From Eubacteriales bacterium (lineage in GTDB: Bacteria > Bacillota > Clostridia > Oscillospirales > SIG627): DNA of 64,000 bases. Of this stretch, positions 34,941 through 43,813 are shown one piece after another. The DNA is taken from contig JAZOQB010000010.1 of NCBI GenBank assembly GCA_045655865.1, positions 8,203-72,202 on the forward strand, written 5' to 3'. The position numbers and the translations under genes were made by a program. The notes under the pieces are model-generated. The model ran no database searches. It was not told where the DNA came from and was given only the letters and a program-made list of their open reading frames with translations. Each line of letters starts with the position of its first letter. Position 1 is the stretch's first letter.

Positions 34941-35802
34941 AAATGCGGATACCACCATTCTGATCGTGGGATTGGGACTTTTGGGTGGCAGTTACGCCAG
35001 AGCGTTGAAGAAAAAAGGATACACTGTTTTTGCCATTGAAAAAAAGAACGCTTCGGTGGAGTATGCTCTGGAACACGGCTTGATCGATCGGGGAAGCACC
35101 CGGGTGGAGGAGAGCTTTTTGCAGGAGGCGAGCCTTGTGATCTTCGCCTTGTACCCTCATGTATTTCTGGATTGGATCGAAGAATACGGTCACCTTTTGA
35201 AAAAGGGAACCGTGCTCACCGACGTGACCGGTGTAAAGGGGAGCGTGGTGCGGCGTGTTCAGGATCAGCTTCCCCCGGGAGTGGAATACATTGCCGCGCA
35301 CCCCATGGCAGGGCGCGAGGTGGGTGGTGTGGAAAACAGCGATGACGCCATTTTCCAAGGTGCCAACTACATTGTGGTTCCCACGGAGAAGAATACCCAC
35401 GAGGGTGTGGAGATCTGCAAGGAGCTGGGACGGGAATTGGGCTTTGCAACCGTTTCCGTTTTAACGCCCGAGAAGCACGATGAGATGATCGCCTTTCTAT
35501 CTCAGCTCACTCACTGTATTGCCATCAGCCTGATGTGTGCCGGGGACGATACGGGTCTTGTCAATTACACCGGCGACTCCTTCCGGGATTTGACTCGGAT
35601 CGCTCGGATCCAGGAAGATCTCTGGAGCGAGCTGTTTTTGTTAAACAAAGACGCTCTTGTTCGGCAAATGGACAATTTTGAAAAAGTCTTTCACGCCCTT
35701 TCCCAGGCGGTTCGGGAGGAGAGAGTGGATGTGATGAAGGACATGATGCGTCTTTCTACGGCCCGCCGGGCTCTGTTTGATCGAAAAGGAGAGAAACAAT
35801 GA
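34927..35802 (+). CDS. tyrA: Prephenate dehydrogenase
   Basis: ILIVGLGLLGGSYARAL (NAD fold), AAHPMAG, TRIA.. motifs. 14-nt overlap with aroA. Confidence 0.85.
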   Translation: MKLNKNADTTILIVGLGLLGGSYARALKKKGYTVFAIEKKNASVEYALEHGLIDRGSTRVEESFLQEASLVIFALYPHVFLDWIEEYGHLLKKGTVLTDVTGVKGSVVRRVQDQLPPGVEYIAAHPMAGREVGGVENSDDAIFQGANYIVVPTEKNTHEGVEICKELGRELGFATVSVLTPEKHDEMIAFLSQLTHCIAISLMCAGDDTGLVNYTGDSFRDLTRIARIQEDLWSELFLLNKDALVRQMDNFEKVFHALSQAVREERVDVMKDMMRLSTARRALFDRKGEKQ

Positions 35803-36824
35803 AATTCATCCGAAAATTGCCCGTTCCCCAGGAGATCAAGAAGCTTTTCCCTTTGAAATCGGAGTGGGAAGCGGTGCGGGATGCGAAAATTCAGGAACTG
35901 CGGGACATTTTTGAAGGCAAGAGCCAGAAGTTTGTGCTTGTCATCGGTCCTTGCTCTGCGGATAACCGGGACGCGGTATTTTCTTATATGGAAAAATTGG
36001 CCCGAGCCCAGGAGGAGACAAAAGACAAGCTTCTTATCATCCCCAGGGTCTATACCAATAAGCCCCGTACCACCGGAGAGGGCTACAAAGGCATGCTCCA
36101 CCAGCCGGATCCCACAGCCCGCCCGGACATGCTCAAAGGGATCATTGCCATTCGGGAGCTGCATCGCACCGCCCTTTCTGACTACGGCTTTTCCTGCGCA
36201 GATGAAATGCTATATCCGGAAAACCACCGCTACCTCTCGGACCTTTTGGCGTACATTGCCGTGGGTGCCAGGAGCGTGGAAAATCAGCAGCATCGCCTTA
36301 CCGCCAGCGGACTGGACGTTCCCGTGGGCATGAAGAATCCCACCGGAGGGGACCTGACGGTTTTGATGAACTCCATCCACGCCGCTCAGGGGGGGCACAC
36401 CTTCCTATACCGAGGATGGGAGGTTCACAGCGACGGCAACCCCTACGCTCACGCCATCATGCGGGGATATGTGGACATAACGGGAAAATACGTTTCCAAT
36501 TATCACTATGAAGACCTGGCACGACTCTATGAGACCTATCAGCAGTCGTGTTTGAAAAATCCTGCCGTGATCGTGGATACCAACCACGCCAATTCCGGTA
36601 AGCAGTACTTAGAGCAGATCCGGATTGCCAAAGACGTGGTCTATAGCTGCAACCACAACGAGCAGATCCGTAAAATGGTCAAGGGGCTTATGATCGAAAG
36701 TTATCTGGAGGACGGAGCCCAGAGCATTGGAGAGAATGTTTTCGGAAAATCCATTACCGATCCGTGCCTTGGCTGGGAAAAGAGCCACGATCTGATCTTG
36801 CACATTGCGGATACGATCCGGTAA
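35799..36824 (+). CDS. 3-deoxy-7-phosphoheptulonate (DAHP) synthase, class I
   Basis: VIGPCSADN, KPRTT, GMKNPTGG motifs, 341 aa. ATGA overlap with tyrA. Confidence 0.8.
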   Translation: MKFIRKLPVPQEIKKLFPLKSEWEAVRDAKIQELRDIFEGKSQKFVLVIGPCSADNRDAVFSYMEKLARAQEETKDKLLIIPRVYTNKPRTTGEGYKGMLHQPDPTARPDMLKGIIAIRELHRTALSDYGFSCADEMLYPENHRYLSDLLAYIAVGARSVENQQHRLTASGLDVPVGMKNPTGGDLTVLMNSIHAAQGGHTFLYRGWEVHSDGNPYAHAIMRGYVDITGKYVSNYHYEDLARLYETYQQSCLKNPAVIVDTNHANSGKQYLEQIRIAKDVVYSCNHNEQIRKMVKGLMIESYLEDGAQSIGENVFGKSITDPCLGWEKSHDLILHIADTIR

Positions 36825-36860
36825 CTTGTAAAAATGGGATATGCATCACTGAGAGGGACT

Positions 36861-36911
36861 ATGAAGATTGATTTTCACACCCATACGTTTCCGGAGAAGA
36901 TCGCCGGTGCG
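36861..36911 (+). pseudogene. Possible remnant of the 5-prime end of an amidohydrolase/PHP-type gene
   Basis: GAGAGGGA Shine-Dalgarno plus ATG. The first 15 codons, MKIDFHTHTFPEKIA, look like the start of metal-dependent hydrolases. The rest of that frame is only antisense to the nuclease gene and runs through a terminator. Confidence 0.3.
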
Positions 36912-36979
36912 GCGCTTTTCCGGAAGAGATGCTCAGTTCGGAAGATTTTTTCAAAAAAATTATCTTTCAAAGCAAAAGA

Positions 36980-37011
36980 CCTATTCCAACAGGATGGAAT
37001 AGGCCTTTTTT
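36980..37011 (+). terminator. Terminator at the end of the aromatic operon
   Basis: CCTATTCCA acagga TGGAATAGG followed by CC and T6. Confidence 0.75.
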
Positions 37012-37073
37012 CTTTTATATTGTTTGTGGCGCCAAAATTGCGCCGCCGGGCTTTCCCGAAAGGATCGGGGAGG

Positions 37074-37988
37074 TCAATCCTGAAAACAGCTTTGGCAAAC
37101 AGAGTAGCCCTGGGCCACCAGGTCCTCGGGAGAACCCACATGGTCTTTCCGGTTTTTGGGGGATATGGAGGAAACGGACGAGCAGTGGGGGCGATGGATC
37201 TTTTTGGAATTGGTGTTGAGAACAAGGTGCTCGCCGGTCTCTTTGGGATCGGATTCTGTGGGGTAGTTTTCCGGCCCCTGGGCGGCCAGCGTGCTTTCTC
37301 CCGTGGCGTAATCAATGGTGATTCCGGGCTGGACGTTGTAGCAGAAAACGTGGAAACAGATGCCTTCCCCGCCATCCTCAACGGACCATCCTTCCATGAC
37401 CACGCCCCGGGCCAGAAGATCGTTGCCCTCAAACACGGGGGTGACTCGGTACATGACATGGTTTCCCGTTTCCTTGACGTAGTCTGCCACCATGTTTTCA
37501 AAGGGAAGCTGGCCTTCTACGTTGAGATAGCGAGTTCCCGTGATGAGATTTTTGGGATTGGCGTTTTCCCCGGTGAGCTGAAACCCGATGAGGTGACAGC
37601 GGTTGTAAAGATATTTTCCGTCTACAATGTCATACCTTACCGTTTGCCAACCGGAGGGCTTTACCTGCCCGATGCTCCCTCGTTCCTGGGTGGGCATCAG
37701 GTCCCGGCCAATGCTGGCAACGCTGACTCCGCACCGGCCAAGCGCGTCCAATTCCGAATAGAACTCAAAGGACTCTTCGCTGATCTCTTCCGGGGTAAAA
37801 TCGGGTTGATTGTTCTTTAAAATAACAAAAGGAGAGCCGGAAAATGAGGGGAGATGTGCCAAAGTGGCATTTTCTCCGCTGCTTTCCAAAGAAGGCGGCT
37901 CGGTTGCGGGAGAAGAAGGAAAGGTGCAGCCCGAAAAAAGAATGACCAGGGTCAAAAAGAGGGGAGCGAGGCGGAAAAGGTTTTTCAT
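37074..37988 (-). CDS. Secreted lipoprotein DNA/RNA non-specific endonuclease (EndA/NucM-like) with C-terminal Cys-rich metal-binding tail
   Basis: Lipobox LFSGC. Core is LDALGRCG..YNRCHLIGFQLTGENANPKNLITGTRYLN. Tail is HRPHCSS..GYSVCQSCF. Confidence 0.75.
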   Translation of the reverse strand: MKNLFRLAPLFLTLVILFSGCTFPSSPATEPPSLESSGENATLAHLPSFSGSPFVILKNNQPDFTPEEISEESFEFYSELDALGRCGVSVASIGRDLMPTQERGSIGQVKPSGWQTVRYDIVDGKYLYNRCHLIGFQLTGENANPKNLITGTRYLNVEGQLPFENMVADYVKETGNHVMYRVTPVFEGNDLLARGVVMEGWSVEDGGEGICFHVFCYNVQPGITIDYATGESTLAAQGPENYPTESDPKETGEHLVLNTNSKKIHRPHCSSVSSISPKNRKDHVGSPEDLVAQGYSVCQSCFQD

Positions 37989-38401
37989 AGGGACTCCTTA
38001 TTCAGAGAGAAGATCTCTTCGGTAATCACATCATGCGAGGACCCGGGAAATTCTTCCCGGGAAAGCCGGGTGAGACCTAGAGCTGCGGGAGAGAGTGTGA
38101 AATATCGGTCTGCCGGGTAGAGGCGGTTCCAGTGATACAGAAACAGACCCTCCACGCCGCTTTTCGGTAAAGGCCCGTCTTCCACAAAGACATAGTCTCC
38201 CGGGCCTATCTTTTCCAAATAGTTTTCTGTGGCGATAACGTTTTGCGCTTCTTGAAAAAGCTTTGCGGAGTATGGACTCATAAAAAGATGCGACGTGCCG
38301 ACCCGATCCAGGAGACGCTTCTGAAGGATCCGATCCCGGCTTTGACGGCGGCCGCCGAAGGACATGCCGCCGCGGCTATCGATGCAAACGATCAAAAACA
38401 T
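37985..38401 (-). CDS. Hypothetical 138-aa cytoplasmic protein (possibly DHFR/RibD_C-like fold)
   Basis: MFLIVCIDSRGGMSFGGRRQSRDRIL.. with an AGGAGAAAAG Shine-Dalgarno. Its stop overlaps the nuclease ATG (ATGA at 37985-37988). The family assignment is from memory only. Confidence 0.45.
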   Translation of the reverse strand: MFLIVCIDSRGGMSFGGRRQSRDRILQKRLLDRVGTSHLFMSPYSAKLFQEAQNVIATENYLEKIGPGDYVFVEDGPLPKSGVEGLFLYHWNRLYPADRYFTLSPAALGLTRLSREEFPGSSHDVITEEIFSLNKESL

Positions 38402-38421
38402 GACTTTTCTCCTAAAAAAAC

Positions 38422-38452
38422 AAAGGCGCGGCCACGGGCCGCGCCTTTTGTT
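38422..38452. terminator. GC-rich hairpin terminator after the zinc-ribbon gene
   Basis: GGCGCGGCC acg GGCCGCGCC flanked by A and T runs. Confidence 0.75.
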
Positions 38453-38460
38453 TTGCTAAA

Positions 38461-38739
38461 TTAGCCGTTTTCCTTCATAGCGGCGAAGCAATCGCTGCAA
38501 TAAACAGGGCGATCGCTGGTGGGCTGGAAGGGAACCTTAGCTTCCTTGCCGCAGTTGGCACAGGTGGTAGTGAAATACTCTCTTGCCTGTCTGGAAGCGT
38601 TTTTCTTTGCGTCTCTGCAGGGCTTGCATCTCTGGGGTTCGTTCTGGAAACCTTTCTCGGCGTAGAATTCCTGCTCACCTGCGGTGAAAACGAATTCGTT
38701 GCCACAATCCTTGCATACCAGTGTCTTGTCTTCGTACAT
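38461..38739 (-). CDS. Zinc-ribbon domain protein
   Basis: 92 aa with two CxxC...CxxC units (CKDCGNEF..CKPCRDA and CANCGKEA..CSDCF). Confidence 0.75.
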   Translation of the reverse strand: MYEDKTLVCKDCGNEFVFTAGEQEFYAEKGFQNEPQRCKPCRDAKKNASRQAREYFTTTCANCGKEAKVPFQPTSDRPVYCSDCFAAMKENG

Positions 38740-38846
38740 TTGCCATACCTCGTAAAATTTTTCAAAATTGCCCAGAACGGACTTGCACCGTCACCCTTTT
38801 CGATCCGCTTGCGATCAAAACGCTCTCTTTAAGCTACACGGGCATA

Positions 38847-39440
38847 TTAAACATGATAAATTTGTGCAGAAAGCTTTTTTCTTCCGCGAAACAAAGCGTT
38901 TTCTACACTTTTGTGGGACAAGGAGAGGGCCTTGGCGATCTCCTGAGTCCGTTTCCCTTCTAAACGCAGACCGAATACCCGCCGTTCCAAAGGGCTCAAA
39001 CTCCGACTTGCCTTTTCCAGAAGGGAGGAAAGGCGCTCTTTTCCCATCAGGATCTCCTGGGGATCGGAGCCGGGAGACGGCAAGGACAGTTCCTCACTTA
39101 AAGCCAGTTCCGCCGCACCGCCGGATCTCCGGTACCGACGCAACCCGTCCAAAATGGCGGAGCGCATACAGATGCGAGCAAAATTGGAAAAAGAGGAAAC
39201 GGCCGGGTCAAAGAGAAGCACTGCCTTATAAAGACCGATGAGTCCTTCCTGCCGCAGATCCTCCTTTTCCTCCGCCGGAACGGAAAGACCGGAGATCATG
39301 CGGGAAAGGGTGGGGGAAAAACCCCGGGAAAGCTGGGAAAAACAATCTTCTTTCCCTTGGGCGGCATCTTGTGCCAACTCCTCCAGGGAACGGTCGCACA
39401 AAGGGCTTTTTTTCACTTTGCCTTCCTTTGCCATGGGCAT
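38847..39440 (-). CDS. Sigma-70 family RNA polymerase sigma factor (SigH-like by eye)
   Basis: Region 2 is DLRQEGLIGLYKAVLLFDP..FSNFARICMRSAILDGLRR. Region 4 is LSPLERRVFGLRLEGKRTQEIAKALSLSHKSVENALFRGRKKL. Confidence 0.7.
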   Translation of the reverse strand: MPMAKEGKVKKSPLCDRSLEELAQDAAQGKEDCFSQLSRGFSPTLSRMISGLSVPAEEKEDLRQEGLIGLYKAVLLFDPAVSSFSNFARICMRSAILDGLRRYRRSGGAAELALSEELSLPSPGSDPQEILMGKERLSSLLEKASRSLSPLERRVFGLRLEGKRTQEIAKALSLSHKSVENALFRGRKKLSAQIYHV

Positions 39441-39602
39441 ACTTTCTCCTCTACCTGGTAGCGATTATAGCATCCGAAAAAAAATATGTCAAGCTTTTTA
39501 ATAAAAAATAAATGATTTGAAACATTTTTTCTCAAAAATTCTTTCCTTTCGTCAAAAAAAACGAAAAGATAGGAAAATAAGATCCGATTTTTATCCCCGG
39601 AC

Positions 39603-39632
39603 TTGTGAGGTGGGGGAGAGATGTGATACAAT
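39603..39632 (+). promoter_or_regulatory. Promoter of the Dabb gene
   Basis: TTGTGA 39603-39608, 18 nt, TGaTACAAT extended -10 (TACAAT 39627-39632). Confidence 0.45.
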
Positions 39633-39659
39633 GAGAAAAAACAAAAGGGAGACAGACTT

Positions 39660-39965
39660 ATGATCCGTCACGTTGTATTGTTTCGATTTAAAGACCGGGC
39701 CGAAGGCAGGAGCCGAGAAGAGAACGTGGCCATGACACGTGCCATGCTGGATGCTCTTCCCGAAAAGATCGACTGGATCTGCCGATCTGAGACGAGAGTG
39801 AACGAAGATGGCGCCGATCCGGAAAATGCCCACTTGATCCTCATTTCCGATTTTCAGTCTCTGGAGGATCTGGAGCGATACCAGGTACACCCCGATCACA
39901 AGGCCGTGGGTGCTTTTATGCGGCCGCTTCGGGAGAGCCGCGCCGCTATAGACTTTACCCTGTGA
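39660..39965 (+). CDS. Dabb-family stress-responsive alpha/beta-barrel protein
   Basis: MIRHVVLFRFKD.., LEDLERYQVHPDHKAV. Confidence 0.8.
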   Translation: MIRHVVLFRFKDRAEGRSREENVAMTRAMLDALPEKIDWICRSETRVNEDGADPENAHLILISDFQSLEDLERYQVHPDHKAVGAFMRPLRESRAAIDFTL

Positions 39966-39968
39966 CCG

Positions 39969-41501
39969 TTATCGGATCACTTGCACCAGGATCGCGTGAA
40001 CGGCAAAGCGGCCGTCGGTGGCGGTAGTGTTGTCCATGCAGGTGGACAGGGTGATGATCTGGCTGTTGGCGTCAAAGGTGTAGTCCGTCTGGAAGTATGA
40101 GATAAAGGCCATGACCTCGCAGAAATCCACAAAGTCCGAATCGGAAACGAAATTGGTTTCAAAATAGTTATCGTAAGCGTTGGACTCGTGAACGGAGAAC
40201 GGCTTGTAGATGAAGATACCGTCCTGGGTGGCGATCTGAATGGTTGCTCCGTAAAATACCGTGGCATTTTTAAAGTCGTGAATGGAAGAGAACATACTGC
40301 CGTCGGCCATGTTGTGCCCGTAAATGACGGTGTTCCGGTTTTCCGTGATGTTGGGAGAATTGCGCTCATCCATATAGATGCTGCCGCCGGAGAGGTTTTT
40401 TCCGTAAAAGTCCCGGTGAAGGTAGTAGTTTCTCGCCGGAGACCACACGATAGGATAGTTTACCACGGTCCCCTCAATGGTGATCCAGCCGGCGGTATCG
40501 CCGTTGATCTTTTTCAGCTGAGCGATCTTGGAGACCAGAGTTTGCTGTTCCTCGGAAAACGGCATGCTGCCTTGGGGAGAATTCAGAGTTTTTCCGTTGA
40601 AAATATCCTGAGGCGTCAGGGAAGGGACGGAGGCGGCGCTTTTTTTCAAATAATCGTCGGAAAAGCGATCCTTGACGCTGACCATGTCTTGCAGACCGGA
40701 ATAGATAAGATAGGAGCGGTAATAGCCGTAGAGCTTATCCAAGACAAAGTACCCGGCTACCAAAAATCCGAAAATACAAACAAAGAGAACGGCATAGCGA
40801 AGCCAATCCCCGAAAGTCAGCTTTCGGGGTGTTTTTTTTGCCCTGTCCCGATAGACACCGTACATTCCGTCCAAAGAAGAGCGCACCGCCTCTTCCTCCT
40901 TGGGATGCAAAGAGGGGTGGTCCTGGATGGGGACGGTTCTTTTTTCGGGTATCTCCAGGGCACGGGTGGGATCCTGTTTTTTGGGGCGAAGCTTCTTTTC
41001 AAGAGCGCCCCTCGCGCCGGTGACGGCCTGGCGAAAAATGGCAAAGAGGGAGGGGCGTTGGCGGACGGAGGCCTTTTTCTCAGGCGCTTTTTCTACGGGT
41101 TTGACGGCGTGGCGAGGGGAGGGCCCGCTTTTGTTTGCTCCTGCCGATTCGGGGATCGGGACGGGCTTTTCCACTTTTTGAGACAAGGTCTCTTTTTCTT
41201 TTTCCGGGGCGCCGGACTTGGGCAACTCCCGGCGTGCGTGAAGGGGACGGTGTCCCTTTGGCTTTGGGGTCAGGGGAGGGACCGCGCTTTTTTGTGCAGG
41301 CTCTGTTTTCGGTTTTGGCTCTGTAGACCCCACGTTTTTGTCCGAGAAAGAAAGCGGGAGAGGGGATGGGGGAGTGTCGTGGCTCTTCCCGTCCTCTTTT
41401 TTTATCTCTGTTTCTTTTGGGTTCCATTCCCACATCTCTTCCAGATCACCCAGAAAAAAATCTTGAGATCGGCGGGATTGGTCTTTGTTTTTTTCGAACA
41501 T
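39969..41501 (-). CDS. Class B sortase with a roughly 230-aa Pro/Lys/Glu-rich N-terminal cytoplasmic extension
   Basis: The C-terminal half matches SrtB landmarks (GWITIEGTVVNYPIV, NYYLHRDF, NTVIYGHNMADGSMF, IITLSTC). A TM segment WLRYAVLFVCIFGFLVAGYFVL lies at about residue 235. The N-terminus is low complexity. Confidence 0.8.
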   Translation of the reverse strand: MFEKNKDQSRRSQDFFLGDLEEMWEWNPKETEIKKEDGKSHDTPPSPLPLSFSDKNVGSTEPKPKTEPAQKSAVPPLTPKPKGHRPLHARRELPKSGAPEKEKETLSQKVEKPVPIPESAGANKSGPSPRHAVKPVEKAPEKKASVRQRPSLFAIFRQAVTGARGALEKKLRPKKQDPTRALEIPEKRTVPIQDHPSLHPKEEEAVRSSLDGMYGVYRDRAKKTPRKLTFGDWLRYAVLFVCIFGFLVAGYFVLDKLYGYYRSYLIYSGLQDMVSVKDRFSDDYLKKSAASVPSLTPQDIFNGKTLNSPQGSMPFSEEQQTLVSKIAQLKKINGDTAGWITIEGTVVNYPIVWSPARNYYLHRDFYGKNLSGGSIYMDERNSPNITENRNTVIYGHNMADGSMFSSIHDFKNATVFYGATIQIATQDGIFIYKPFSVHESNAYDNYFETNFVSDSDFVDFCEVMAFISYFQTDYTFDANSQIITLSTCMDNTTATDGRFAVHAILVQVIR

Positions 41502-41557
41502 AGAAAACTCCTTGGTGGCACGGCGGCCGTGGGATCGTATCTGCTCCTGTTCGGAGC

Positions 41558-43813
41558 TTATTTCCAGAACTGAGTCAGTTTTTCTTTCAACTGCGCTTCT
41601 CTTTCCAGGATCTCAAAGCGATCCCAGCTTTCGGGAAAGAGCGTTTGCATATCTTCCCCCAGATACCGGGCGTCGCACAGGATGAGAAATCCCCGGTCCT
41701 CTTCCCCTCGGATGACTCTGCCGGCCGCCTGAAGGACCCGGCTCCACCCGGGGAGAGTGTAGGCAAAGCTCTTGCCGTCCATGTCTCTTCGATAGTAGCC
41801 GGCGCACTCTGCTTCTCCCTCGGGGCTGGGCGGAGGAAATCCGGTTCCCACGATGATCTCTCCCAAAAGAGATTCGCCTTTCAGATCGATTCCCTCGGAA
41901 AACACGCCGCCCATGACACAAAAGCCGATGAGGGTTCCTTTTCGGTTGGTTTGGAACGCTTCCAAAAATTCCCGGCGTGCTTTTGCGCTCATCACCTTTT
42001 CCTGTACCAGGACCTTGTGGTCAAAGAAGCGTTCTTTGTAGGCCTGAGAGACCAGGCGAAGATATTCAAAAGAGGGGAGAAATACCATGTAATTCCCCGG
42101 CTTTACCGATACGGCGGCGCGAATGATGCCGCAGATCTTGGGGGCTGTGGCAAATCTTTGAGAAAAGGATACGTCGATCTGGCAGAGACCTACGAAAAGA
42201 TTCTCTCTGGGAAAGGGGGAGGGGAGGGTCAGAAAGCGATCTTCCTCCTGTCCGCCAAGCAGATCAAAATAATAGTTTTCGGGAAGGAGGGTGGCGGAGA
42301 AAAACAGGACGCTTCGCCACCGCCGGCATCCATCCAGAATTTTTTCCCGGGGGTCTACCAGGTAAATTTTGACCCCGCCTTCCAAAGGGAAGAGCGTGGA
42401 AAATTCTTCGTTGAAAAGTTTGGAGAGCCGGGCAAAGTTTTTAAGTTTTTGATAGAGTTCTTTGACTCTCCTCTCTGAGTCCTCCGCAAGATGCCCAAAG
42501 CCTTCCTGGAGGGCAAAGCCCACTTTGGGAAGAAGGCTTGAAACCAGAGCGGACAGCTTTTCCGGACTTTGGACAGAGAAAAATTCTTTGGCGTCCCGGC
42601 GGGCTTTGCGCAGCTTGGCAAACTCTCCCAAAAGGTCGGAAAAATGTTCTCGAAGCATGACGGCCGGAGGAGTGGGATCCCGGAAAATGGGGTCAAAGTC
42701 TTCCGGGGAGAGGGACTGAGTAAAGCTCTCCCGGATCCGGCTGGGGAGGTTGTGGGCTTCATCCACCAAAAGCACGCTCCCCGGTTTGGGGGCGAACACT
42801 GCCCGGCCCGGGTCGAAAACGTGATTATAGTCTCCGATGATGACCTGACAGTGCTTTTGCAGTTGGAGAGCTAGATCAAAGGGACAGATGTGAAAGTGAA
42901 AGGCTGCGGCAGACAGCTCTTTTTCGGTGATACAGGAAAAGGAAGCCAGAAAACTTAAGGCCTCGGGAAGTTTTTCCCAAAATCCCAGGGCGTATTCGCA
43001 ATCGCGCTTTTGACATTCCTCCCGCCCTTCCGGGCAAAGGCTCGTTTTGCTGCTGAGAACCAGGGTTCGAAGCCCCTTTTCTTTCTGCAAAGCCTCGACC
43101 GCGGCGGCGGCCTGAAGTTTTAGGGTGTTTTTGGGAGAGGCGTAAAAGACCTGAGGGACTTTTCCTTTTTCCAGAGCTTTCAGAGCAGGATACAGTACCG
43201 CCAAGGTCTTGCCGATGCCGGTGGGAGCGCAGGCGTAAAGTTTTGTGGAAAAGCGGATGGCGTCCCAGGCGGCCTGAATCAGTTCCCGTTGCCCTTGACG
43301 CAGAGAGGAATAGGGAAAGGCAATGAGCCCTGCCCCCTTTTTCCACAGAGGAGCCAGGGAAAAAATCTTGGAGATGTGGGAGGAAAGCGTTGCGGAGAGG
43401 GCCTCTTTTTCCAGGGGGACGGTTTGCGTTTTTACAGTTCCTTCCGAAAAGATGACAAAGCGAAGGAGTACCCGGGAAAGCTTTTTGGTATTAGAGAGAG
43501 CCAGAGCCAAAAGCTGTCCCCGCAAAAGAAGGCGATCTCGGTAAAGGGAAAAATCGCTTTCCCTCTTCAGTTCCACCGGTTCTTCGATTATGTAATCCTC
43601 TCCCACTTTGCAAAGAGCCATGGCTTTGCCGCGGATGCGGATTTCATCCTTGCCACAAAGCAAAACCAGAGACAGGGAAACGTTTTCAGCCCGCCCTTCT
43701 TCAGCAGGATCCGGCGCGGAAAAGTCTTTGGGCCCACGCACAGGCTCATGGGAGGAGGGGACTAGGTAAGGGATCAATTCGTCCAGTTCAATGAGAAGGC
43801 AATCGTCTTTCAT
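41558..43813 (-). CDS. XPD/DinG (Rad3)-family ATP-dependent DNA helicase with Fe-S cluster cysteines and an uncharacterised N-terminal region of about 170 aa
   Basis: Walker A CAPTGIGKTLA and DEAH box LLVDEAHNL. Cys pattern LCPEGREECQKRDCEY..HICPFD. C-terminal motifs SATL and GVFSEGIDL. Confidence 0.8.
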   Translation of the reverse strand: MKDDCLLIELDELIPYLVPSSHEPVRGPKDFSAPDPAEEGRAENVSLSLVLLCGKDEIRIRGKAMALCKVGEDYIIEEPVELKRESDFSLYRDRLLLRGQLLALALSNTKKLSRVLLRFVIFSEGTVKTQTVPLEKEALSATLSSHISKIFSLAPLWKKGAGLIAFPYSSLRQGQRELIQAAWDAIRFSTKLYACAPTGIGKTLAVLYPALKALEKGKVPQVFYASPKNTLKLQAAAAVEALQKEKGLRTLVLSSKTSLCPEGREECQKRDCEYALGFWEKLPEALSFLASFSCITEKELSAAAFHFHICPFDLALQLQKHCQVIIGDYNHVFDPGRAVFAPKPGSVLLVDEAHNLPSRIRESFTQSLSPEDFDPIFRDPTPPAVMLREHFSDLLGEFAKLRKARRDAKEFFSVQSPEKLSALVSSLLPKVGFALQEGFGHLAEDSERRVKELYQKLKNFARLSKLFNEEFSTLFPLEGGVKIYLVDPREKILDGCRRWRSVLFFSATLLPENYYFDLLGGQEEDRFLTLPSPFPRENLFVGLCQIDVSFSQRFATAPKICGIIRAAVSVKPGNYMVFLPSFEYLRLVSQAYKERFFDHKVLVQEKVMSAKARREFLEAFQTNRKGTLIGFCVMGGVFSEGIDLKGESLLGEIIVGTGFPPPSPEGEAECAGYYRRDMDGKSFAYTLPGWSRVLQAAGRVIRGEEDRGFLILCDARYLGEDMQTLFPESWDRFEILEREAQLKEKLTQFWK

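Noticed and set aside
36834-37820. 328-aa plus-strand ORF after the DAHP synthase gene.
   Set aside because: It crosses an intrinsic terminator at 36980-37011. Beyond that point it is simply antisense to the nuclease gene, which has a lipobox and nuclease motifs. Only its first 15 or so codons look meaningful and are reported as a possible remnant.
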